A stretch of 64,000 nt of DNA from Guillardia theta CCMP2712 (taxonomy: Eukaryota; Protista; Cryptophyta), in contig NW_005434665.1 in NCBI RefSeq assembly GCF_000315625.1, forward strand, positions 1,074,463-1,138,462, written 5' to 3'. The notes under the pieces were generated by a model. That model did not search any database, had not been told where the DNA came from, and worked only from the letters and a program-made list of their open reading frames with translations. The stretch's first letter is position 1. Each line of letters opens with the position of its first letter. Below are positions 50,807 to 62,449 of this stretch, one piece after another. The position numbers and the translations under genes were made by a program.

Positions 50807-53420
50807 ATGTCTCGGTAGAGTTCCAGCATGCACCTGCACGCATGACAAGCACTGCAGCTTCGGCATGCCGATCTTGGTGCTGAATCTCGGAGGAGAGATG
50901 ATGTACATCTTAGAGCAGCGGTTGGTCGCACAGAAGATTGCAAACGAAAAGGCGAAGAAGGTCCGGAACAGCTTCGTATGTTGATGAACATGATGATTTG
51001 CTGTGCAGGTGATAGGAGATATTCTGCGTGAGTGATGAGAAAACATGTGTGGCATGTGAAGTTACCGAACATCTCAGGAACAATGTTCAACCCCAAGTTC
51101 ATTGCAGAGCTGTATTGCTGAAATCCCAATAATTCCTTTTCTCATTTCACTTTCTAGCTTCAAACCGCAAGAGTTGTATAGCAACACGTCGACGAGGCAG
51201 ATCTTCGAACGTTGCAGATGTCGCTGTAGCGCGTGTAATGTGTTGAAACTGTTGCAGGCATCGCCCATTCCTCCATCATGAAACTTTCGGAATCTTCGAT
51301 GGACAAGCTGTTCGATCTGATGGTGAGGTGTTACATCTGGTTAAGATCGAAGAACCAATCAGCTTGTTCTCTTTCATCGCAGACGACAGGATTCAAGTAT
51401 CAAATCATCTCCTGTTCAACACCTTCACAACTCGTGGATGTACTGTCTTCAAGTTGCATTCCTGCCTCGGTGATTTCTTTATGGTTGTTTTCCACAGATC
51501 ACCCTCAACCACCTGGACAATATAAGAAGTGACCTTATATCTCTCTCGTCCATGTTATTCATATGAGACTGCAGACATGGTGAAAGAGGACCAATCGCTA
51601 CAAAGACTTCTCCAGCAAACAGTGGTCCTGATAGAAACGTTGGTCAAACAACCTTAACATGCTTGTCTTGTGAGCATGCGTCTGCAGCACCATCGCTAGC
51701 CTCAGCCTGAGCTCTCTCGCTCTCCTCCGACAGACCCTCCTTACAAACGTTCAGGTCAGTTGCCAACTGACATGTGACAACGCGATTCTCATGCGATGTG
51801 AAGGACCGCAAGGTCAAAGTTTCTCCTTTCTTGATCGAAGGTACCACTCAAGACTCTTCCCTGCCCTGCCCTGCCCTGCCCTGCCCTTCCCTGCCCTGCC
51901 CTTCCCTTCCCTGCCCTGCCCTGCCCTTCCCTGCCCTGCCCTGCCCTGCCCTCGCCCTGCCCTGCCCTGCCCTGCCCTGCCCTGCCCTGCCCTTCCCTGC
52001 CCTGCCCTTCCCTTCCCTTCCCTTACTTTTCCCCCTCCCCTCCTACCTTTGTCTTGTTCTCCCCCTTTCCTCCCTCCCTTCGCTTTGTTTCCTCTCACCT
52101 TCAGTCAGGAATTCAAAATGCAGACGGCACGATGGTCATACAGCCAGGAGGAGTTCTCCCTCCACTTTTCCAAGTGCGCTCGAATTGTCTCTCCTCCTCT
52201 CCTCCTCTCCTCTTCCTGTCTTGTTTCTCCCTTCCTTTCTTTTCTCAATCCTCCCCTCTTTCTCCCCTTTCCCTCACCTCCTCCTCTCCTCCTCCTATCT
52301 TCCTCTCCTCCTCCCTCACCCTGTTTCTGCCGCTGCAGATGCCAGGACAGATCAGATTTTTCTCCAAAGAAGAAGGGGAGACATTCTTGGAGTATCCACT
52401 CCCGTGAGTGGTTTTGTTGTTGGAAGACGTTGGATGATTGTCTCGCCAGTCTCACTGAACAATGTCAGTCGGTCGGCGATGAGTATAGGACGGTATTTGA
52501 AACATCTTGTTCCTTGATGCTTGTTGTGCTCCTCCTCCTCCTCCTCCTCCTCCTCCTCCTCCTCCTCCTCCTGCTTCTGCTCCTCTTTCCCTTCGTCGTC
52601 CTCCCCTCCTCCTCCACCTGCTCCTGCTCCTGCTCCTACAGCACTCTGTCCTTCTTCTGACATCTTCTCTAGCATCTTGGCTTCAACCTGTACCTCAGCA
52701 GCTCATCCAAGAGCAAATCACGTAGACGTCTTGTCCTCCGTCGCCATCGCTCATGTGTTGCATGCAGGATCGTTGGAGGATCAGGTAGAGACGGCCCCCT
52801 CGTCCTCGCTGACTCCTTCCAAGGTATTTTGACGGCATTCCCACTGTCATGGTGCTAATCCTTGTTTGCTCAGAATCGCAAGCAGACAACGGCTGGTCGA
52901 TCATCTTCATCCTCTTCCTTCACCTCTTCTTCTTCCTCTGCCTCCCTGACTCTCGTCCCCCTCCTCCTCCTCCTCTCTCTTCCCCTCTCCCTTTCTCGTC
53001 CCCCTCCTCCTACAAGAGAGAACTTACTCCTGTTGACAACTCACAGGAGCTGAGCTTCAACTACTTTCTTCGCTCATTCACGTGCCAAAGACTTCAGAGG
53101 TCTCCTTCTCCTGCTTCTCCCCTCCTCTCCCTTGTCGTTGTCTCGCTCTCGTAAGCTTGCAGCCAGGAGGAGGAGTTCAAGCTCAACATCTTCGACGACA
53201 ACAGAAACGTCGATGCAGGACCAGGGAAGGAAGTGGAGACTGTGGTCTTCCGTTCGACTGCAGGTAGGGGGAGGATGGAGGAGGGAGAGTTTGAAATCTC
53301 TTGACAGCTCGAAATGTCGCGCTGAGCGACGTTGCCAAAGAATTTGAAGGGAGTCACGCGAAGGACAAGGAGGAGAACGAAGAAGACGATCTTCTCTCCC
53401 TCATGGACAGCGCCAATTAG
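50807..53420 (+). CDS. OSCP1: OSCP1/NOR1 (organic solute carrier partner 1) homolog
   Basis: Spliced MSRFGMPILVLNLGGEMMYILEQRL...MFNPKFIAELFKPQELYS...IAHSSIMKLSESSMDKLFDLM|TTGFKYQ...ITLNHLD; C-terminal EDDLLSLMDSAN*. Largely invisible in the ORF track because the exons are tiny. Confidence 0.9.
51859..52022 (+). repeat. (CCCTG/CCCTT)n pentanucleotide repeat in an OSCP1 intron
   Basis: About 30 tandem units. Confidence 0.95.
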
Positions 53421-53569
53421 CCTCCTCCACTACCCTCCTCTCCTCTCTTCCCTCCTCTCTTCTTCCCTCCATCTCTTGTCTCCTCCCTTCGTCCCCTTTC
53501 CGTATCAGCCCTGACTATTTCTTCCATCCCATTCAGCAAGACTTTATGCTACACCACAAGGGACCAGCT

Positions 53570-55123
53570 CTACTTCTTTGCATGCAGTGCCTTCCTCTCC
53601 CTCAGCAGCGCGAGTTTCGTCGAGATCTCCGCCATGTTGTGCCCCTCCGTCACTTGCACGTTCACATTCTCCCTCACGCTCAGCTCCCTTCCCGCCGCCT
53701 TCCTCCCCTCTCCTCCCTCCCTCCCTTGCACCTTCGCCTTGCGGTCTAGCCGGGCAACCATAGTTCCCTCCCCGGCCTTGAACCTGTCGGATGAAGAGCA
53801 GACTGCCTCCCACTCCTCATGGTTCTTCCCAATCGCCTCCACCTCTGCCAGCAGCTCCCGCAGCTCCAGCAGCTCCTCCGATGCCACGTGCTCGATGCAG
53901 ATGGATGACGACTTGAGCCCTTCCAGCTTATCTCCAGCTGTGCCCTTCCAGTCAGCAGAGAGGCCAAGACAGGGTCATCCCTCACCTTGCTGCACAAGTG
54001 CTGGATCCGCTCCTTCTTCCCCGCCACATCCTCTAGCCTCTTGTCGTCCTTGGTCCTTGTTGAGAAGGTGATGGAGCAGAACTTCATGGTCAGCAGCAGC
54101 ACAGCCTCGCTCTCCTCGTAGCTATCCATGGCCACGTGCGTCACCGTCGCGCACAGCCATCGGCCGCTGAGCGCCTTGCTCAGCACCCTCGTCATCTTGG
54201 AGTCTCTCAGCGGGATGTGCGACGAGTTCATCTCCAAGCTGCAACAGCATCGTGACTCGTTCGCTCTAGACACTCTCCTCCTCTCCCCCTCAGCACCTGC
54301 TCATGATGCGAAGGAAGGCTTTCAACACGATATCTTCACCCAAGGGTCCACTCTTCTCTCCTCCCCGCGCTATCTGCGCCCCTCCCTTCTTCTCCCTTGC
54401 GTATCCCGCAAGATCCACGACCTGCAGCTCTGCTGTGTCCACCATCCCGCTGCCATCCCTTCTCCGAACCTTGAAGGAGAACAGGCAGTGCACCTTCAGC
54501 GGCGCCCCATTGCCACCAGCAGTCCTCCTTTCATCCTCAGCGTTGCAGTTGTGCAGAGCGCTGTCTATAAACTTCTCCAGCTCCTCCTCGCTGTTGATCA
54601 CGACCTCGTTAAGGCCCTCCACGAAGAATCCCTTGCTCGGGTGCTCGCGCACATGGAGACCTCCTCGATAGTCCCCCACGTCACCAGCCGGAAGCAAGCC
54701 ATCCAGCAGGACTTCGTGCGTGATCTGCCTCCCCGTCATGTTCGACTGGACTGGAGCTGTAATAGCTGACATCAGGACAGACAAGGAGAGCATGCTGTTG
54801 GTATCTCCTCTCAGACCTTTGAAGATGTCCCTTCCGAAGCTCCGCACCAACCCATCCACCCCCCTCGTCGTGTAAGACTTTCCTGTTCCTCCTGCTCCAA
54901 ACGCGATGACGGAGCTGCTTCTTCCTCGAAGGATATGATCCACGAGGTCCTGGAGGTGGTTCTTGTAGAGCTCAGGCGTGCTCTCTGTCTCACTGACGAC
55001 CCGCTCGAAGGGATAGTTCTTGCGGAGGTTCGACTTGGGTCTTTGGAGTATGAATTCGTTCTTCTCCAACTGGATCAATCGTTCTTTGGTCGTTGGCTTA
55101 CAACGGACAATCACTCTGATCAC
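53570..55123 (-). CDS. Divergent kinesin-like protein (motor domain plus short coiled coil)
   Basis: RVIVRCKP, FERV, P-loop AFGAGGTGKSYT, VREHPSKGFFVEGL, VVDLAG, HIPLRDSKMTRVLSKALSG; 5' exon unresolved. Confidence 0.85.
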
Positions 55124-55307
55124 AACATGAAAGAGTCAGCACGACTGAATTTACATCAGGACCCACAAACAAATTCAATTGCAGGTCACCAATCTCCTTC
55201 TCCTTTTCTCCTCTGGCCTTCTGCCCTCTCATCCTCCTCTGAGTTGCCATGATCACCTCATCCTTCCCCCCCTCATTATCGTTCCGTCTCCTCCCTCCTT
55301 CCTCCTC

Positions 55308-55407
55308 NNNNNNNNNNNNNNNNNNNNNNNNNNNNNNNNNNNNNNNNNNNNNNNNNNNNNNNNNNNNNNNNNNNNNNNNNNNNNNNNNNNNNNNNNNNNN
55401 NNNNNNN
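55308..55407. other. Assembly gap (100 N)
   Basis: Run of n. Confidence 1.
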
Positions 55408-55530
55408 CGGCCATCCCATCAACCGCCAAGTTCGAAATTGTGCCCACATCCCAACCTTTACCCTCGTCCCCACCTCGTCCCGACTTCCACCAAGCTTCAT
55501 CGCCCTCATTCACCTCGCACTCTCCGCGCC

Positions 55531-56404
55531 ATGGCAGCTATCGGCCCCTCCAAGCGATCTCCAACAGAGTTCCTCAGCCAGGTCCTGCTCCTCCTCCTCC
55601 TGCTCCTGATCCTCTTCACATCCTCCTCTTCCTCACATCCTCACATCCTCTTCCTCCTCCTCCTCTTCCTCCTCTTCTTCGTGCTCACGTCATCCTCTTC
55701 CTCCTGCGGCTGCTGCTGCTGATTCGCTTTCTCATCATCATCATCACCCCGTTCATCCTCATCCTCGTCTTGCTCTTGCTACTGCTCCTCCTGCTGCTCC
55801 CTCCTGATGCTGCTCCTGCTCTTGCTCCTTCTCCTGCTGCTCCTCTTTCGTCATCCTCTTCTTATTTCTCTCACCCCCCCCCTCCTTTCTTTGTTTATGC
55901 TCCTACACTTGTTGCTCCTGTTCACCTCCTCTTTCTCCTAATTCTCCTCGACCTTCTCTTGTCCTGCATGTTGTCTTCCTTATCGAACGTATCTACCCCG
56001 TCCTTGCCCCTTACTCTCCTCTTTCAGCTAATTTGTTGTCACCTCTATTGAATGTTCACGTTGTTATTTTTATTTCTTTCTCAATCGTCTCTGGCAGGTC
56101 ACTGGTCGTCCTGTGGTTGTCAAGCTCAACACTGGAGTTGACTACAAGGGTGTTCTTGCTTGTCTGGATGGATACATGAACATTGCGATGGAGCAGGTGC
56201 ACCCGATTTCCTCTTCAAACTTCATGACTGATACAATATGTTATATATGCCAGACTGAGGAATATGTCAATGGACAGCTGAAGAACAAGTATGGAGACGC
56301 GTTCATCAGAGGGAACAATGTAATGTGAAATGTTGTTGATGCCTTGAATTGATGAGCACGATCAGGTGTTGTATATCAGCACGCTTGGGGCAAAGAAAAG
56401 ATAA
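55531..56404 (+). CDS. LSM6: U6 snRNA-associated Sm-like protein LSm6
   Basis: MAAIGPSKRSPTEFLSQ|VTGRPVVVKLNTGVDYKGVLACLDGYMNIAMEQ|TEEYVNGQLKNKYGDAFIRGNN|VLYISTLGAKKR*. Confidence 0.95.
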
Positions 56405-56525
56405 GGAAAGAGTGTGTTCATGCGATGAAAGAAATAGAAACATCATGTTTTGTGTAACTGTTTGTAGAAGGAAATTCTTCAATCACTTCAGCAAGATTGC
56501 GAGGGAAAAATGAAAGGCGCTAATC

Positions 56526-57903
56526 TCAGAGTCTGCTGTCTCTGCACGTCTCAGGGTCGATGCCGGATTTTCGCGCCAGGACCTCGATGTACTTCTCGAT
56601 CTCCTCCCTGATCTCAGCATGCGACTGCAAACCTCGCACGAGGTGGTCGGGAAAGCCCTGCCAACCCATCAGACGAGTCAAACATCTCCCTCTCGTCACA
56701 GCCTCACCTTCATTCCGTGAGCAGCGCCCAGCACAGCGCCCAGCACAGCTCCTCTTGCTACGTTCTCTCCTCCCGTGTTGCTGTTGGCCAGCAGCGCCTT
56801 CTCTGGACAGTCGGCATACTTGTAGGCGAAGTGGAGCATGGAGGGGAAGGAGCTGTCAAGGTAGCAGGCAGTCATCGGGTCCTGCCCGCTCCTCTCAACC
56901 ATGCGCTTCACGTCCACACCGACAGACTTGCCCGTCTGCGAGAGGGCCTCCCGGAGGTCAGCCCCGTCCACCAGGGACACGAGCAGCGCGGAAGTCACTT
57001 GCGCGTACTTCTTGAGAGGCTCCGACCTCCTGAACAGCGTCGCGCACTGCATGGCTTCCCTCTTGGCCGACTCCTGCCCTTCCAGCATGGCATGATAGAC
57101 GACAGGAGGGAGGTTGACCAGCCCGTCGAGCGCGTCCGTGTTGTGCCCGTCGTTGTCAGGGCAGTCCTTGGGCTTCTTTCCCTTGACGAAGTTGGCAAAG
57201 AACATGCGGTGGCCGGTACCAGCGTACGTGTCGTTGTGAGCGTCGGGAGTTGTCATGAGGTCGACATAGCGCGAGTAGATTTCGTCGACGTCGAAGGAGC
57301 CCTTGGAGGAGATGACCTTGGTGATGAGCCGAGTAATGATACCCTCCAGGGTGTTTTCTCCAGCCTTCATACCCCTGTGGTAGAACCAGTTGCCTCCTCG
57401 CTCCCAGTACTGCTTCTTCCCCTTGAGGATCACGTCGCCGACGATGCTACCGGAGAACCCTCCCCTTCCTCCTCCTCCCGTGTTGGATAGCGACATGATG
57501 GAGCCTGGAAGCTTGTCCTGCGCAGGAACGTACCCCTTGATCTCTCCGTACGTCCTACGAAGATGCGATTGATCGTAGTACCAGTGGGTCGGCATGGCGA
57601 GCGCATCCCCGATGTACAGTCCCCACAGAGACCCGCGCACTTTGTCCAAGGTTGCTGGAGGAGGACGGTTCAGCGAACAGCATGGAAGGGCGTCGTTGGC
57701 TACATCACCTGGGGTGATTTGTACAGCACTCTTTCCCGCTGCTCCCTGCATCTGCATTTTCGTCTGTGCCCTGTGAGGGAGTTCAAAGTGACCGAAAAAC
57801 AATCAAATGCAAATCACCATGCGATTGCTGGTGACACACAAGATGCAGAAAACAGCAGAAAGATCGGCGCACAACAGAAGCTTTTTCTAACCATCGCTCT
57901 CAT
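56526..57903 (-). CDS. ADP-ribosylglycohydrolase-family protein (crystallin J1/SelJ-like type)
   Basis: KVRGSLWGLYIGDALAMPTHWYYD ... ALLANSNTGGENVARGAVLGAVLGA; N-terminal leader exon; C-terminus ...TCRDSRL*. Confidence 0.85.
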
Positions 57904-58289
57904 GCTCTCAGGGCTGGACCAGATCGTTCGACTAGTCTCTATGCTCTTGTCTCTGTGCTGTTTCCTCTCCTCCGACTCTGCTTCTCACTTGCCTTGACTG
58001 CTCTGACCGCCTGACGGTCGACCGCTGCTCGACCCTTGTTCCTCCGATTCCTCTCCTTGCTTTATGTGTACACCTCTCTCCCGCTCCTCTCTCTTCGCCT
58101 TCTCTTCGTTTCTGCCCTATTAAACTCCTATAATCATCACTCTGAGGTGAACTTGTTCCACCTGCCCGGCCGGCGCGGACCGTACTCGCGGGCCTCCGGC
58201 GGCCGCTGAGTCAAGTCGTACGGTCGCCGGATCGGACGGCGTTCCGCACTGCAGCCTCCGTTGGCATGCCGGACTCGGTCGTCTGGTAC

Positions 58290-58597
58290 CGTACTCTGTG
58301 ACAGAGAGTACGAGTTTGTTGGCCTCTGAGTGTGACATGACAAAGTCATTGATTGCAAAACGTTGAACTGAAAAATCATGTTCAACGGTCGGACGATCCG
58401 GCAATGACCCGGTCAGCTGCAGCAAGACAGGTGAAAGTTTTGCTCACTGTCAAGGTGAGTCAAGACCGGGTTTAATTTGCAAACTTGAAAAGAAACAAGA
58501 CTGAATTGAAAGGCGCCTGTGAAACCCAAGCATCCAGACTCTGAGACATGTTCACTCGGCGCAATCTGAGTGGCAAGGCTAGCATGCGATCCATCAC
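58290..58597 (+). repeat. Degenerate, internally deleted copy of the foldback element at 60528-61042
   Basis: Shares GTGAAACCCAAGCATCCAGAC exactly, plus colinear similar blocks (AGTTTGTT, CAAAGTCA, CAAGACAG..TTTTGCTCA..CAAGACC..GTTTAAT, ACTCGGCGC..ATCTGA, CGATCCATC). Confidence 0.65.
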
Positions 58598-59053
58598 TCT
58601 GCTGCGGCTCGGGTAATCCGAATGCCAGGATCATCGGATTGCAGCGGCGGCCGGGACTCTGTAGTTGCAGATGCCATGTTGATCGCCTGACGGCATGGAC
58701 CGTACTCGAACCTCAACTTTCAGTGGCAGGCTGCCCGGCGATCAGATCCGAGCATGATCATCGGTCCGTTACACTACTAGTCGCGGAATGTCACCTTGCC
58801 ATAGCCTTGCCACCTCACCGTACACGGTCGAGCCTCCTCAACCTACTGCCACCAAGTGCCGGGGCGCGTCGCCGCCCTGGGCGACTTGTCCACCAAGTGA
58901 AGATTGCCAAGGCATGATCCGAGAAACAAGTGGAGCGATCATCAACAGGGTAGGAATAAGAGCAAAATGAGAGTAAAAGTACAACTTTATTGAAATAATA
59001 TACAAAAATGAACAAACTAAACAAACAGCAAGACACAGGGAATTTCGAAAGGC

Positions 59054-59560
59054 TTAGTACTGCCTTGAGAACACTTCGTATTGCAATCGCCTCTCAACAT
59101 GCATGGACGATCTTTGACTCCTCCTTGCACTCGACATGAGCTTTCCAGTAGAAACAATCTCTCGGAAACGTCGTCGCGCGACATCTGTGGCTGTCTCGGG
59201 AGGGCAGGTCTCCACAACGAACCCAGCGTGCTTGGCGTCCATGTACAACCGCATCAACTCCTCCTTCTGAGACTCAACGGACTTCTTCTTTTGATCGCAA
59301 TGCAACTCACATGGTGTTTGATTGGTACTTTTTTGCATAAGAAGGTTGAGAGTTGCACAATCAGCCGGAGAAGCCAAGCAAAAATCCGACGAGCGTGAAA
59401 GCTCATCATGAGTGGAGCTGAATCCTTGTGAACCACAAGCCTTCTGCCAGAAGCAGAATTCTTCAAGAGCATCATTACAGGAAACATGAGGGTACAGAAG
59501 AGAGGAGAGCAAGTCGGAGAGTGAGGGGCAACAGACTAAGGAACCTTGGATTTTATGCAA
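59054..59560 (-). CDS. Hypothetical spliced protein
   Basis: Coding-like segments (KKKSVESQKEELMRLYMDAKHAG; MSRDDVSERLFLLESS) separated by short intron-like stretches. Confidence 0.35.
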   Translation of the reverse strand: MHKIQGSLVCCPSLSDLLSSLLYPHVSCNDALEEFCFWQKACGSQGFSSTHDELSRSSDFCLASPADCATLNLLMQKSTNQTPCELHCDQKKKSVESQKEELMRLYMDAKHAGFVVETCPPETATDVARRRFREIVSTGKLMSSARRSQRSSMHVERRLQYEVFSRQY

Positions 59561-60527
59561 GCTAAAGGGCGGTCACAAAGCCGCCCCTGTAGTAAAGGAA
59601 AAACGAATAATCTAGATTATCTATTTCGCAGCGATTCGATCCTTTACTCCCCTTCTGGCACGGACTGCAGTGGCCTGTCATGGCGCAAGTAAAAGCCTCC
59701 CACGGGGGGTACTTTAATCTGGTACAACCATGTGGTATTTAGAGGGGTAGGGTACGATTGCTGACATCACTTCCTTCTCCTTCATTAAAAGTTTATAACT
59801 CAAGAGTTACTTAAACATTTTGTACCGTTAAGAATATCTTTGGTACCATGTTTTGTAGGTTTCAAAACATAGCTGTTGTGTTATTGTAAAATATGGTACA
59901 GATCATCAGGGCATCCCCTACAGATGTATCACTTTTATGAGACTTCAATAAAACATTTAAGACTCTGCTGTAGTACCATAAAGTCAACCTTGTTACTTGG
60001 GATATGTCAGCGGGACCATGGTGCCATGACGGCAATGTGACCACCCTTGTCAGCATAGTCATCACCAGCCTCAGTGCAGTGCGTCAATCTCAGCGAGGAC
60101 TTCCGCCCTCCGGCCGCCGGCAGCGCGGGCCCCGATGCTCAGCGGCCGGGCCGCGTGCCGCAGACTCGTCCGCGGCACCGTGCGGCCCGGCCCGTACCGT
60201 AGTACGGCCCGGCCCGGCCGCTGAGTGCTACGTGACAGTCACCGTGCCGGTCCGACCCGGGTGACGGCCCTGCCGGGCGCACGGTACTACCCGTACGCCG
60301 ACGGTACGGTCACCGTCACCGTGCCTCGGATTTCCGAAGTTCCACTCCGGCCAAGTTCGGACACGGCGTATTGGCAGGCAAGTTTCCGAGTCGGAGAGAC
60401 TCCGAGTCGGCGGCCTCAGCCGGAGTACCCGGCGTACAGCAGGCTATACCGTACGGTGTCATAGCCTGGTTGGCAGCGTGACGGACTCAGTGACGTGAAA
60501 AGGTAGCCTGCCAGGAGGGCCTGGCAA

Positions 60528-61042
60528 GCCTGAGTGACGGAACACAAGTTTGTTAGACTTATAGGCTGTGCCAAAGTCACGCAGATATCGCATCGACCGT
60601 CTTAGTTGTAACAAGACAGTTTTTGCTCAAGACCAAGTTTAATGCACACGGAACTTGAACGATGTGAAACCCAAGCATCCAGACATGAGGGGACCTTAGT
60701 AAGACGGCTAGGAAGGCCTCCTCTTCGTCTCTGCACTACATTGCCGCCTTGAAAACACGTGAGTCGTCTTGGTTTACAGGAGAGTTTTTGTTAACTCGGC
60801 GCCGCTATCTGACTAGCACGGCTGGCATACGATCCATCCTCCCCCTCATGTCTGGATGCTTGGGTTTCACATCCTAGCATACAGTCTATCTCTCATGTGC
60901 TCCTCAATTCTGGTTTCGTGTGCATTGAACTTGGTCTTGAGCAAAAAACTGTCTTGTTACAACTAAGGTCGATGTACTAACTAATATCTGCGTGACTTTG
61001 GCACAGTACAAGTCTAACAAACTTGTGCTCCGTCACTGAGGC
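60528..61042. mobile_element. Long imperfect inverted repeat (MITE/foldback-like element or hairpin RNA locus)
   Basis: Left arm 60528-60693 is the reverse complement of right arm 60840-61042 (with indels); ~145-bp spacer; no coding capacity; no TSD identified. Confidence 0.75.
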
Positions 61043-61662
61043 GAGTCAGACCGTCGGACTGCTTGCGATTGAGCTGCACTGCGGCTGTGTGCGGCCGCGG
61101 GCCGGGGCGACAAGTTCACGGTGGCCGACGGTGCAATCATGAGAGTCGGACCCGGCGTTCAACCGTTCTCAGACTCCTGTCATACAAGTTAGGCCGCAAG
61201 TCAGTCGATTCCACTCAGTGACTCCATCCATCATGGCTCCGAAGTACACTCATGAAAACTCGTTCAAGATACCGTACACTGCCAGTGTGTTCCGAGTGAC
61301 GGTTTGGTCCCGTGGCCAGGGCTCAACCTAGGAGTCGATAATGAATAACGATTGCCCGAGCATCATCATCAAGGCAGTCCGTTATAACCATCTTCGATAG
61401 CTCTTTGTTTGTCTCGGTGACAATTTCATAACACTATTTCCTCATCAGACGACGAGGACAATGAACCATTGTTTACATGTCACTAAGAGATAGCCAACAG
61501 TTCCAAATCGTGAAAGCATCGTCAAGTCATCAAGTCACACATTTTGTAAGATCAATAGTGTTTATTGAAACATCTCAAACAGAACAATATCTGAATACAC
61601 GTTTGGCAATCTGCCGGCATCCAGACACATGTCTGCAGAGGACCGTGATGGCCACAACAAGT

Positions 61663-61833
61663 TTACTCGTAGAGGGACTTGGTGTAGGTGGCGGTGGCAG
61701 CGACGTAGGCATCGCGAGCAGCCTTGTAGGGGCCAGTGGCGAGCTTGAGCTGGTTGGCGGCCTTGAGGTAGGCGTTGCGGGTCTCGCGGTAGGTACCGGC
61801 GTAGTCCTCGAGGTCAAAGAGCTTGCAGATCAT
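61663..61833 (-). CDS. 56-aa Ala/Tyr-rich heptad protein, candidate ejectisome (Tri/ejectisin-type) structural protein
   Basis: MICKLFDLEDYAGTYRETRNAYLKAANQLKLATGPYKAARDAYVAATATYTKSLYE*; strong C-ending codon bias; ATG directly after an intron acceptor. The ORF is solid; the family call is inference. Confidence 0.65.
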   Translation of the reverse strand: MICKLFDLEDYAGTYRETRNAYLKAANQLKLATGPYKAARDAYVAATATYTKSLYE

Positions 61834-62001
61834 CTGATGTTAAAGATTAGTGTTATATTCAACGCTCATATTGATCAAAGACATTATCAAAAACCAATGC
61901 AAAGGCAAAACGTGAAAGAATAGGCAAGAATGTTCACAATATGCTCATCATGTGCAGCGCATTCTCACCCTTTCTGGTGACGTTTGCCCTGTCGCTCGAC
62001 G

Positions 62002-62009
62002 TTTATATA
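62002..62009 (-). promoter_or_regulatory. TATA box of the 56-aa gene
   Basis: TATATAAA on the minus strand ~35 bp upstream of a 5'-UTR intron donor (G|GTGAG near 61968). Confidence 0.55.
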
Positions 62010-62449
62010 CACCCCCAAGAGACACGCCACTTCGTAGTACCCCCTCCACTATCGGACCCCTCTTTCATACCCCATGACCCCTATTTCAAAAGAAGATCTG
62101 ATACAAATATGCTACCCCTACCCATCTTCATACATCACCCCCCACAGTGTCTGTACCAAACGTCAACCTGCCTTTCACCCCGCTTTTTGGACCCACCCCT
62201 AATGGTTCATTCTACATGGGTACCCCTTTTTTCAGTATGATTGACTGGCAGCCATTTCATAAGTTCTGAATACACCCCACCCATATTTCTGTAGTACCCC
62301 TACCCCAGAGACTCTGAACCATCACCGATGCCCTTTCGCGATCCATCAAGAGTCAAGCCCTCCTCCCCACTACCCTACCCGGTGACCACCTCACCCCCTC
62401 TTAGCAGAGAGGTCCGGGGTCAAATGGTGCTGTAGGGTCCATGACCTTC

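Noticed and set aside
51774-52660. 247-aa and 289-aa ORFs with PCPAL repeats
   Set aside because: Read-through of the (CCCTG)n intron within OSCP1.
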